From assembly GCF_000007005.1 (NCBI RefSeq), contig NC_002754.1: a stretch of DNA of 64,000 bases. One strand, 5' to 3'. A program made the translations under genes and the position numbers. Below the pieces are notes generated by a model. It ran no database searches, was not told the DNA's origin, and saw only the letters and a list, made by a program, of their open reading frames with translations. Numbering within the stretch: position 1 is the stretch's first letter; each line of letters starts with the position of its first letter. Source of the DNA: Saccharolobus solfataricus P2 (GTDB lineage Archaea > Thermoproteota > Thermoprotei_A > Sulfolobales > Sulfolobaceae). Positions 44,611 through 53,885 of the stretch are shown here, piece after piece.

Positions 44611-44778
44611 TTAACTAAAATTTTCAAAAGTTAAAAATAAGGGGCTTGATAAATTACTTACATAGGTGCACGCTATTAGAGTACATTTCTCTTCACTTTC
44701 GCACTCAAATATTCCATAACCTGAATGACAAATTAATGTCTTACGTATTGTATAGTACTTCCCCTTTTTAGGATACAT
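44611..44778 (-). CDS. Candidate unlisted 55-aa Cys-rich small protein
   Basis: MYPKKGKYYTIRKTLICHSGYGIFECESEEKCTLIACTYVSNLSSPLFLTFENFS; TTTATATA 23 bp upstream of ATG. Confidence 0.45.
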   Translation of the reverse strand: MYPKKGKYYTIRKTLICHSGYGIFECESEEKCTLIACTYVSNLSSPLFLTFENFS

Positions 44779-44858
44779 AATCTAACTTTCTTAATACACA
44801 TATATAAAGCTTTATTGGTAATTTTGGAATTTTTTCCTATTAAAAATCGTAACTTAGG

Positions 44859-45335
44859 TCACAAAAAGTAGTATAGATCAAGATAAACTACTACGAGATA
44901 CATCATTATCCAAACTATAGGGATAATATATTTGAACAAGATAGGATTTTTAATGCCCTTCGAAAGAATTAACGACCCAACTCCAGAGACTGTGTGTAAA
45001 ATGAAGAATAGCGCTAATGGAATTATCAAAACCAGATGTAGTTCTAAAGAATTTCCTCTATTTAACAAATTAAAAGTTAGTGTGCTAATTATACCTGAAG
45101 TCTGTGGACCAGCACCAAATCCCGTAATACCCTCTAAGATTGACAGTACTAGTAGGTAAATTGACGTGTTTTTTCTAAAATTAGGGCTGTAAATCGAATC
45201 CTTAAAATTTGGATCAAATAACTTGGTGGAAGCTATGGAAGTTATAATTAGCCCTAATAACCAAATTGGTTGATATACTATCGTGAAGGCTGGAATTATT
45301 GCTGAAGTAATCATTCCAATGTTACTTTTTCGCAT
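44859..45335 (-). CDS. Membrane protein, possible heme-b partner of the upstream molybdoenzyme
   Basis: About 4 TM helices, two His 14 residues apart (LELH...ILHT); overlaps upstream gene. Confidence 0.65.
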   Translation of the reverse strand: MRKSNIGMITSAIIPAFTIVYQPIWLLGLIITSIASTKLFDPNFKDSIYSPNFRKNTSIYLLVLSILEGITGFGAGPQTSGIISTLTFNLLNRGNSLELHLVLIIPLALFFILHTVSGVGSLILSKGIKNPILFKYIIPIVWIMMYLVVVYLDLYYFL

Positions 45336-45951
45336 AGTCAGGATACCCCAGAGATTCCCAATAGCCTAGAATGTTTTTAGATGTGAAGTGAAGTCTAACT
45401 AACCATTTAACGTAAGTATATCCCCACCATCCCGGTACTACAAGCCTAACTGGATATCCATGGACTTGAGGCAATGGTTTATCATCAGCCATATAAGCTA
45501 TTAAAACATTTGGCTCTTTAGCCTTTTCTATCGGCAAATCTGCAGTGTAACCGTCAGCACCATATCCTACAACTTTTATCACATTAGACTTTGGCTTAAC
45601 CATGTCAATTACATAGCTTAATGGTATCCCTTTCCAGAGGACATTCGCTCTGAGGAAATAGGGGTCTGAAACACATTGTATTGTATCCTTAACCTCAATT
45701 GAAGGCATGTTAAGTAAATCTTGGTAAGTCAATTTCAATGGATTCTCGATCTCGCCGTCTACAGTCAAGACGTAGTTATTCAGCATTATATCTGGTACTA
45801 TTTGACTATATTGAACCACATACCAAGAACCAAATGGGGTTAAACCATTTTGTGCGTGCTGCATTTCACTAATTGACAATCTACCCAAGACCAATAACGA
45901 TGAGGATATTAATAGTAGTTTTAAGAAATCTCTCCTATTTGTTAGCCTCAT
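45322..45951 (-). CDS. Sulfite-oxidase-family molybdopterin enzyme with TAT signal
   Basis: NRRDFLK, IQCVS (Mo Cys), HGYPVRLVVPGWWG...VKWL, GYWE. Confidence 0.9.
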   Translation of the reverse strand: MRLTNRRDFLKLLLISSSLLVLGRLSISEMQHAQNGLTPFGSWYVVQYSQIVPDIMLNNYVLTVDGEIENPLKLTYQDLLNMPSIEVKDTIQCVSDPYFLRANVLWKGIPLSYVIDMVKPKSNVIKVVGYGADGYTADLPIEKAKEPNVLIAYMADDKPLPQVHGYPVRLVVPGWWGYTYVKWLVRLHFTSKNILGYWESLGYPDYAKK

Positions 45952-46323
45952 AAGTGAAATGGGAAATGATAAAATATTAAGGATTTTCCCAAATCTTAGC
46001 GACTGTTTAAAAAAGTGTGGGCAACAATTTCGTTCATTTGAAACTTAGTTTAAATTCCTCCAATACCAGTTCCGCCAGCAAGTGTTCTCATGTAGCCATC
46101 TTATTTGATATTATACAGTAAAATTAAATTAGGCTAGAAATTTCCACAATTAATCGTTTCGATCGAGATGCAGCCAATGAATTAGAACGTGAAAACAGCC
46201 TCTGAAAAAGGTTTATGTGCGAGGGTTACTAGATCCGTCTTGCTAACCCTCACAAAAACCTCACACATGAGTTTTTCTGTCAGTCCTTTCAATTTCTAAT
46301 CCCGTAACTATCTTCAGATTAAA

Positions 46324-46487
46324 GGGCAATTCAAGTGTTTTTTGCGAACTCATTTTATTGCGAATATTTCTACGAAATTAACTAAATGAAGACGACTAAT
46401 TAGCAGAGATACATGATTACCTACGTTAACATTTTTATAATAGTATTCTTTAGAAAATACAATTCGAAATGGACTCTTGAATCGCTC
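46324..46487. mobile_element. MITE, 164 bp (size suggests SM4-type), decayed copy
   Basis: Imperfect ~29-bp TIRs GGGCAATTCA... / ...TGAATCGCTC; reverse complement aligns along its length with 52341-52503; no clear TSD. Confidence 0.75.
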
Positions 46488-46750
46488 GCTAAATCCCGAA
46501 GATCAATTAACAGCCCTAGGAAATCCGTCAATTTCTCAAAAGATTAGTGAGGTACTGGTGTTGTTGGTTAAAATAAGTTTTTCCATAATTTACGTCGAAG
46601 TTACCGATAACTTATTGTAAAAAATTTTTATCATTATAATTTCCGTTAGACTTCAGTATCGTGTTCTAAATCTTGACATATGGCTATAATATTTTCACTG
46701 TTATTAAATTTTCCGACAATGTTTATAAACTTCAACTTATATATTATAGT

Positions 46751-47065
46751 ATGCAACTTGAACGGCGTAAAAGAGGAACAATGGAAATAATGTTTGATAT
46801 ATTGAGGAATTGTGAGCCAAAATGCGGAATAACGAGAGTAATATACGGTGCTGGTATAAATTATGTAGTAGCTCAAAAATATTTGGATCAATTGGTAAAA
46901 GTAGGTGCTTTAAACATTAAAACTGAAAATGATAGAAAGATTTATGAGATAACTGAAAAGGGTAAGTTACTAAGGACTCATATCGAAGAATTCATAAAGA
47001 TAAGAGAGAATTTGTATTCGGCTAAAGAGAAAGTTAGTGAACTTTTAAGAACAGACAGTGAGTAA
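46751..47065 (+). CDS. sso10a2: Nucleoid-associated winged-helix/coiled-coil protein Sso10a2
   Basis: MQLERRKRGTMEIMFDILRNC... recognised; start ATG 46751 rather than track start 46673. Confidence 0.88.
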   Translation: MQLERRKRGTMEIMFDILRNCEPKCGITRVIYGAGINYVVAQKYLDQLVKVGALNIKTENDRKIYEITEKGKLLRTHIEEFIKIRENLYSAKEKVSELLRTDSE

Positions 47066-47076
47066 ACAAGGTGTAG

Positions 47077-47493
47077 CTAGAGTTTTCTCTTTATTCTTTC
47101 TAGTCGAATTTTCTCTTCAAATGTTTTCTCCAATTGATTTAGTCTATTCGATATATGGACTCTTAGTGGCAAATATATAATGTATAAGTTCTGGAGTAGT
47201 ATGGTAATAACTATTTTATTTTCGATAGCTTGAATGTTTATTTTCCCAGAGACATTAGGTGGTCTTTCAAACTCAATAATGTGGGTAATATTATAAGATC
47301 CTACATATTCTCTACCTTGGAAAACAACCGGTAATTTCCCAATATCGCCTTCACATCTATAGAGTCTACTATCAGAGTTTAGGAGAAATTTTGTAACTGG
47401 AAGAACTAAAGGGATGAAAAATTCTGGATCGCTTAATATTTTAATTACAGCATCAATATCATGGTTAGTCATTATTATCTTTCGCCATTCCAT
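47077..47493 (-). CDS. START/DUF3211-like crenarchaeal protein
   Basis: HDIDAVIKILSDPEFFIP N-terminal pattern, LEKTFEEKIRLERIKR C-terminal helix. Confidence 0.6.
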   Translation of the reverse strand: MEWRKIIMTNHDIDAVIKILSDPEFFIPLVLPVTKFLLNSDSRLYRCEGDIGKLPVVFQGREYVGSYNITHIIEFERPPNVSGKINIQAIENKIVITILLQNLYIIYLPLRVHISNRLNQLEKTFEEKIRLERIKRKL

Positions 47494-47586
47494 TATATAT
47501 TAATAAAATCCAGTGTATAATAAAGTTTAAACTCACTATACAATATAAGCTTATCATACATTTCTATTTTATACAAGTTTAGTTAT

Positions 47587-48462
47587 TTAACCCTTTTTCT
47601 TAAGCTCCCAGTAAGCCTTATCAAATGCCCCATTAATTAAGTTCAATATACCATTAAGCTGTTTTATATCGTTAAAGTGCAAAATTACTGTAAAAGCATT
47701 AGTCCCTCCATTCTTCCCAGTAAAGTAGATTTCAGGTAACTGAATTTTTTCCTTAGAGAAAAAGTCATTAATATATGCCTTAGCTAAATTAAGTAAATCG
47801 TTGGCTGGTACATCTGCATTAACCAATAATTGGTAAGGATATACTAAGGAGTGCTCCGATTCTAATTTTTGAAATACAGTATTCCCTAGAAAAGCTGAAT
47901 TTGGTATCTTAATAACGTTTCCATTAATTGTCTTAACTTCTGTGAAGAGTAGTGATATCTTACTGATTTCTCCAATTATCGGGTTTCCCCATATCCATGA
48001 TATTAGTGAAACTGCATCGTTAAGTCTTATAGTTCTACTAGAAGTCACTAATATTCCCGATAATATATTCTGCGCAATTGTCTGGACTGCCAAACCAATC
48101 ACAATACCACCTACAGCCCCACCAACTAGTACTCCAGTTAAGTTTACCTTTAACGCAGCGAGTATTACGAGAACGAGAATAGTATAAAATATAATATCAA
48201 GGGCGACTTTTATGCTAGACGCTGTGCTTTTCTCTAATCTAGTCAGTAATTGACTGTAAATCAAACCTTGTAAAATTCTTATAATATAAAAACCACCTAT
48301 GGCTATTATAATAACTGTTATTGCAGTAAATGTATCAGATGTGTAAGTGGATATTTGGGGGAAGTAAAACGTAAGTGTCTTTAAAATTACGCTGGCTAAA
48401 TAGTCTACAAGTGCCAAGATTACTAGAGCTAAAAGAACTTTAATGAGGGGTTTATAGTTCAT
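47587..48462 (-). CDS. MscS-family mechanosensitive channel
   Basis: GLAVQTIAQNILSG, GEISKISLLFT, IPNS motifs. Confidence 0.9.
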   Translation of the reverse strand: MNYKPLIKVLLALVILALVDYLASVILKTLTFYFPQISTYTSDTFTAITVIIIAIGGFYIIRILQGLIYSQLLTRLEKSTASSIKVALDIIFYTILVLVILAALKVNLTGVLVGGAVGGIVIGLAVQTIAQNILSGILVTSSRTIRLNDAVSLISWIWGNPIIGEISKISLLFTEVKTINGNVIKIPNSAFLGNTVFQKLESEHSLVYPYQLLVNADVPANDLLNLAKAYINDFFSKEKIQLPEIYFTGKNGGTNAFTVILHFNDIKQLNGILNLINGAFDKAYWELKKKG

Positions 48463-48633
48463 ACATTAGTACTTTCAATCATGGGTAATAAGAGTTATTG
48501 GTAAATTTTTATAGGAATATCGTATATAAAACAATATATATTTTAATAAAATAAGAAGATGCTAGGTAAACATAAAAATAGTGTAACACCATACTTATAT
48601 AGAATCCCATGAAGGTTGAGAATGAAGGTCGTG

Positions 48634-50271
48634 TCAGCGACCGACTATGAGAGTCTTCATGGGTGTTTTTTCCAAGATCAATAAGATAAAAGGTAAGATA
48701 AGAAAGAATAAACTTACAAAGAACAGTTCATGTACTAAACTAGTGAGGGAGTTCTGGGAAATATTAGTTGTGAGCTCAAGAAAACCGTTGTAATTCTCAG
48801 CACTAGTCCAATATTCAGAATACGGTAATGAGACTACAAAAGGCGGATTACCATCATAAATTCTAATCTCCATATCGGAAATGCTATAATTGCTAACTGG
48901 GCTTCCATTTAAGTAATGTACCAGCCCGGTGAAATTCTCATTATAGTACACTAGAACTGGACCAAACGTCTTCACTAGTCTTAACCCGGTATAATTCATC
49001 TGCGATGTTGAAATAAGGTATTTCATTCCGTAGAATGGATTTGTAAGATTATGAATGAAGCTAGTGTCATAAATGAAACCACTAAATCCTGGTAAATATT
49101 GCAAATACTGGTATTGTGTCGCTAAAGAGTAAACATTATTTGGATTGTTTTGAGATAAGTAGTCATAAAGCTCATAATACCAACTGGGCATCGGTTGTGG
49201 TTTAAAAGAGAAGATTGAATAAGTTGTGGCTTGTAGACCTCCAGTATTGACAAGAAGTACTATCAATAGTAAAGAAAGTAAAGGTATTATGAATTCCCTA
49301 GTCCTCTTTAAGTAAAACAAACTTAGGTCTAAAAGACCAAAACTTAGTAAGTATACCTTAGTTTGAAAGGTTGTTATCGCAGCCAGTAACGCAGAAATGA
49401 CTGGAATATCAAATCGAAAGTTCTGTAAGATGGCGTAAATTACAAGTAGAATTCCTACTGACGTGAGTGTAGCCAACGCGTACTTATTCCTATAAATAAA
49501 TGCAGTTGTTATTACAATGGCAAATAAAAGTGCTGATACTATTGTGGAATAATACGCTAGTCCTAATCTTACTAGAGTATTCGATGGTGAAACCAGTACA
49601 CTAGGAACAACGCCTATATATAGATAAACTTCCCATGAGAGTTCTGATAGAAATCCCAGTAGATCTGCTAGAATAGGATAGACTAAAAACAGATATTTTC
49701 TCTCCTTTATAGATAATAGAATAAAAGGTAACTGGAAAAATAAAGAGAAGAGGAACATTTGAAAGAAGAAGATCTGGCCAACTACTTCTACAATACTCAA
49801 ATAAATGAGATATTTCAATCTATTCTTTACTTCATATAACATCTTGTACGTAAGGTAATACACCAGTGGTTGCAATGAGTAAACTAAAAGTATACCTTCA
49901 CCATTACCATCATAAAATATTGAAATGGAAATAGGGTTTAATGTGAAAATTAAAGGTAAAATAAGCCTTTTAAAAAAATCACCTTTCCTTCCTAACGTAA
50001 AGTAGATCGAAATTGGTGCTATTATAAAGGCAAGAAAGTTTAACGTTTTTATTAAATTATTTTCTCCAATTAAGAGGGATAAATAATATTGTATTGTGGC
50101 TGATGGTGTGTATAATCCCGGATTAGTTGAGGGAAGTATTGTAGTATCTCCTAGAGTGTAAGGCGGAGATATCATGTAATTCCTTAGCGCTATTAAAAAT
50201 ACTACTATAAATATTGATAAATAAATTATATCATCTCTTTTTATTAGTCCTTTTGGGTGCATTAAAATCAC
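48634..50271 (-). CDS. Polytopic membrane protein with extracellular C-domain (GT-C/YfhO-like, tentative)
   Basis: About 12 TM helices then soluble region ending VVSLPYSEYW and a final TM. Confidence 0.55.
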   Translation of the reverse strand: MILMHPKGLIKRDDIIYLSIFIVVFLIALRNYMISPPYTLGDTTILPSTNPGLYTPSATIQYYLSLLIGENNLIKTLNFLAFIIAPISIYFTLGRKGDFFKRLILPLIFTLNPISISIFYDGNGEGILLVYSLQPLVYYLTYKMLYEVKNRLKYLIYLSIVEVVGQIFFFQMFLFSLFFQLPFILLSIKERKYLFLVYPILADLLGFLSELSWEVYLYIGVVPSVLVSPSNTLVRLGLAYYSTIVSALLFAIVITTAFIYRNKYALATLTSVGILLVIYAILQNFRFDIPVISALLAAITTFQTKVYLLSFGLLDLSLFYLKRTREFIIPLLSLLLIVLLVNTGGLQATTYSIFSFKPQPMPSWYYELYDYLSQNNPNNVYSLATQYQYLQYLPGFSGFIYDTSFIHNLTNPFYGMKYLISTSQMNYTGLRLVKTFGPVLVYYNENFTGLVHYLNGSPVSNYSISDMEIRIYDGNPPFVVSLPYSEYWTSAENYNGFLELTTNISQNSLTSLVHELFFVSLFFLILPFILLILEKTPMKTLIVGR

Positions 50272-50425
50272 CTAGATAAAGCGCTAATAGTAAAGCCAAG
50301 AGATATAGGAGGGATGAATAAAAGAGGAAAGGATATGAGACCAATCTAATACTATATAGAAGCATAGCCTCCAGTAGGAGTAAAAATAGAGAGATACCAA
50401 TTAATCCTTTGATCCAGTTTTGCAC
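50231..50425 (-). CDS. Small 2-TM membrane protein
   Basis: 64 aa hydrophobic ORF between co-oriented genes, basic C-tail. Confidence 0.55.
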   Translation of the reverse strand: MQNWIKGLIGISLFLLLLEAMLLYSIRLVSYPFLFYSSLLYLLALLLALYLGDFNAPKRTNKKR

Positions 50426-50468
50426 GCTATTATCTTAATTGTTCTGGGATTAAATTTTTTCCCAAGCC

Positions 50469-52226
50469 TTATCTTCTTTCAAATCCGAATTTCTCGTACA
50501 TAATCAACGTTTGTCTATCTAAGCTCGCCTTTACTCTTTTCAATACATCCATGAAATCCTCTAGTTTTACTTCAGTCCTCAAATTACCACTAATTGACGC
50601 CTCCTTTAATAGATTCCTCTTTACTTCCTCCACAACTAGTTTTAAATCTGCTGGAGTGTAATTCTCAGTAAGCTCAGCGACTTTCGAAATAATATTTCTA
50701 TTAATAATTAAATCCTTAATAAGAACTTGTAATATTTTCTCTCTCCCATCCTTATCTGGTGGAGGGACGTAAATTATCTTGTCAAATCTCCCAGCCCTTA
50801 ATATTGCGGGGTCTAAGTCCCAAGGCCTGTTAGTTGCACCAACAACTATTACATTATGAATTTCCCTTAAACCATCCATTTGCCTTAATAATTCCGTCAA
50901 CGCATTTCTCCACTCATTAGTCATTCTATTCCTCGCTATCATATCTATCTCATCAATGAATATTATTGCCGGGGCATTATCTAGGGCAATATAGAATTTC
51001 TCAGCTATAATCTTTGGGGCATCCAGAGGACCAGCACCACTGACCTCTTCTCCAGATAGTTCTATGAAGTTGAACCTCAAATCGTTAGCTAGAGCCTTAG
51101 CAATGCTAGTTTTCCCTGTCCCCGGTGGACCATATAACAGTATACCTTTAACCGGATATATTCCCAGTTTCTCTGCAAACTCCTTGTTGGTTATGGGTAA
51201 TACTATGGACTCCCTAATTATCCTCTTAACCTCTTCTAAATCCCCTAAATCGTTCCAAGAAATGTTGGGAATACCATACGTCTTTATTATTAATTTACTC
51301 CTCTCATACTTTCTAGCGATATTTTCAAATTTAATTATGGTTGAAAGTTGAATGGAGGGTTTGTAATTCTCAATCTCTCGTAGAAAGTCCTCAGTTTTTA
51401 AACTATTATTCTTACTTATTACCTTATCAGCAACGTTCTTAATATCCGCAGGAGAAAATCTCTCACTTTTCTTTGCCAATAAGGAATAATCGATGTCCTC
51501 TCTCTTTATGTAACCTTTCCATATCTCCTCTCTACTTTTCTCATCTGGTAAAGCAACGTAAATTACCTCATCAAATCTCCCTGGTCGCAAGAACGCTTCG
51601 TCAATCTCCTGAGGTACATTTGTTGCTCCGATTATTATCACCCTTAAGTTCTTATCGTGCAAATCTTGAAGTCTCATTAACATTATATTTACTAACCTAT
51701 GAGTAACCTCATGTAAATCGCTTTGCCTACTCATTGCTAAGCTATCTAATTCATCTATGAATACAACAGCTGGAGTGTTAATTTCTACTTGATCGAAGAA
51801 GCTATCTAATAGGAGTTCACTTTCACCGTACCACTTACTCAATATTTTACTTGGCCTTAACTCAAAGTAAGCCCAGCCCAATTTATTCGCTAAAGCCTTA
51901 GCGATTGTTGTCTTTCCTGTCCCAGGTGGACCAAAGAGTATAACTCCATATGCTCTTCCCTCTTGTACAATTTTAGCTATTTCCTCTAATCTCATTTTGA
52001 CATCTTTCAAATCATATACCTCATCCCATCTAATATTAGGAATATGAATCTTAGGTTTTCTACTTTTAGTCGTATTACCTATCATCATCCTCCTAGAGAA
52101 GTAAATCCAGAAAATTAATGGAACTAGAAAGAATAGTATTGTGAGAATTACCTCAATGATTAGCTGTAAAGTATTACTGCTTAATCCTAATCCTATAGTA
52201 GAGTTATTAGAAGTTACTGTTGCCAT
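50469..52226 (-). CDS. Membrane-anchored tandem AAA+ ATPase (Cdc48-like D1-D2)
   Basis: N-terminal TM helix; two GPPGTGKT Walker A, FIDE Walker B and RPGRFD/RAGRFD motifs; no N-domain. Confidence 0.92.
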   Translation of the reverse strand: MATVTSNNSTIGLGLSSNTLQLIIEVILTILFFLVPLIFWIYFSRRMMIGNTTKSRKPKIHIPNIRWDEVYDLKDVKMRLEEIAKIVQEGRAYGVILFGPPGTGKTTIAKALANKLGWAYFELRPSKILSKWYGESELLLDSFFDQVEINTPAVVFIDELDSLAMSRQSDLHEVTHRLVNIMLMRLQDLHDKNLRVIIIGATNVPQEIDEAFLRPGRFDEVIYVALPDEKSREEIWKGYIKREDIDYSLLAKKSERFSPADIKNVADKVISKNNSLKTEDFLREIENYKPSIQLSTIIKFENIARKYERSKLIIKTYGIPNISWNDLGDLEEVKRIIRESIVLPITNKEFAEKLGIYPVKGILLYGPPGTGKTSIAKALANDLRFNFIELSGEEVSGAGPLDAPKIIAEKFYIALDNAPAIIFIDEIDMIARNRMTNEWRNALTELLRQMDGLREIHNVIVVGATNRPWDLDPAILRAGRFDKIIYVPPPDKDGREKILQVLIKDLIINRNIISKVAELTENYTPADLKLVVEEVKRNLLKEASISGNLRTEVKLEDFMDVLKRVKASLDRQTLIMYEKFGFERR

Positions 52227-52340
52227 ACATTTTAATCTTTCCTCTTAAACCTTTTATCTTTATATGATCCGAGACTCTCCAAATTCACCATATGAAGATT
52301 GCAGAAAGCTTCTCAAAAGGAATGATACCCTATGTTGTTA

Positions 52341-52503
52341 GGGCGATTCTGGGATCTATTCTGAATTGTAATTTATGAGTAGTATAAATATAAAAGTGTT
52401 AACACAATTAAGTATTTATTCTCCTTATAAACCGTTTTCACTCAGTTAAATTCGTCATGATTTTTGAAATATAGTGAATTTGCAATGAAAACTTGAATCG
52501 CTA
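52341..52503. mobile_element. MITE, about 163 bp (size suggests SM4-type)
   Basis: TIRs GGGCGATTC... / ...TGAATCGC; direct repeat TGTTGTTA at 52333-52340 and 52504-52511 (extendable to CTATGTTGTTA). Confidence 0.85.
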
Positions 52504-52589
52504 TGTTGTTAAGAGAAAGATCTATTGTCAGATCATGATATACTTATTTTTGGTAAAATATTTTTCTTTTAATATGGAACTTTTACCCA

Positions 52590-53291
52590 ATGAAACTAGT
52601 AGAAATAACAAGGGAGGAGATAAGAGGAGATCTAGTAGGATTAGTACCAGTTGGAAGTATTGAGCAACACGGTCCTCATTTGCCAATGGGTACTGATGGC
52701 ATTATTTCAGAATATATTGCCTCTAAAGCAGAGGAGAAATTAAAGGATATTACACTGCTTTTCCCAACGATATATTATGGTGTATCTTTAGAGCACAAGG
52801 GTTTTCCCTTTGTATCATTATCATTTCAAACTGCAATCTCATTCTTCACTGATTTACTTGAAAGTGTTTTCAACGATTTAGGATTAAGAAGAATAATTAT
52901 AGTTAATGGACATGGTGGAAATTCGTATTTTCTTCCATTAGTTCAAAGGGAATTTAATATGAAACATAGCGACGCTAAAGTAATAGTTTTTAACACATTT
53001 GGCGAAGAGGAGAAAATTTTATTTAACGTAAATGATCTTCACGCTGGCACCATAGAAACGTCAAAAATTTGGGCAATAGGTAAGAGCTTGGTGAGGGTGA
53101 ATAAAATAGATGAGATAAAAAATTATGAAGTTAGAGATGGTGTATTTATTTATTATTCCTCCAGAGAGGCCAATCAATTCGGAGTACTGAATGATGGTAA
53201 ACCAATTCGAGTTAATGAAGAATACGGTAAAAAGATTTTAAGGGATTTGGTGGACAAGTTAATATGGACGATATTAAACTTTAAGGTATGA
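52590..53291 (+). CDS. Creatininase family amidohydrolase
   Basis: PVGSIEQHGPHLPMGTD, EHKGF, VNGHGGN, DLHAGTIET. Confidence 0.93.
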   Translation: MKLVEITREEIRGDLVGLVPVGSIEQHGPHLPMGTDGIISEYIASKAEEKLKDITLLFPTIYYGVSLEHKGFPFVSLSFQTAISFFTDLLESVFNDLGLRRIIIVNGHGGNSYFLPLVQREFNMKHSDAKVIVFNTFGEEEKILFNVNDLHAGTIETSKIWAIGKSLVRVNKIDEIKNYEVRDGVFIYYSSREANQFGVLNDGKPIRVNEEYGKKILRDLVDKLIWTILNFKV

Positions 53292-53671
53292 TAAAGTATG
53301 TTAGGTCTCAAGACGGTGAAGAGTTGTTAAGAGATATTGTTATTACTCTAGGGTTAGACTACATTAATTTAGATCGGGTAAAAGTTGTGTACTCCTATGG
53401 GTCTAAGACTGAGGCCATAGCCAGAATTTGGGCTGTTCCTAAGATCGTACTGGAAACCTTTCAACTAGAACCGCTTTATGTCATAGAACTAATTTCAGAA
53501 AGGTTCAATCGATTATCTAATGATGATAAAATTAAAATAATGATTCATGAAATACTTCATATTCCGTTTAAGTTTAGTGGCGGATTAAGAGCGCATGGGA
53601 GTAAGGTGAATAGCAGAGAGGTCAATAAATTATATAAAAAATATATTAAATTAAAAGAAAGGAGGAGCTAA
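53288..53671 (+). CDS. Putative metallopeptidase (HEXXH)
   Basis: IMIHEILHIP motif; ATGA overlap with upstream gene. Confidence 0.8.
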   Translation: MIKYVRSQDGEELLRDIVITLGLDYINLDRVKVVYSYGSKTEAIARIWAVPKIVLETFQLEPLYVIELISERFNRLSNDDKIKIMIHEILHIPFKFSGGLRAHGSKVNSREVNKLYKKYIKLKERRS

Positions 53672-53677
53672 TTTATC

Positions 53678-53764
53678 TTACCTTGCTGGAATAGTTTCAA
53701 TTATCCTCTGTTTTTTGGCCTTCCTCTGTTGTATCATAGCTTTCTCATATTTTTCGTAACACAT
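53678..53764 (-). CDS. Candidate unlisted 28-aa basic small protein
   Basis: MCYEKYEKAMIQQRKAKKQRIIETIPAR; TTTATAAG 24 bp upstream of ATG preceded by A-rich BRE-like tract. Confidence 0.45.
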   Translation of the reverse strand: MCYEKYEKAMIQQRKAKKQRIIETIPAR

Positions 53765-53885
53765 AAATATTATGTTTAGCTTGCTATCTTATAAATTTTC
53801 ATTATTAACAAAATAAGCTTGGTTATATACCTTACGTTTTTTGCTTATACTAAATAAATGCTTTGTGGGATAGTTAAATGGGCGA

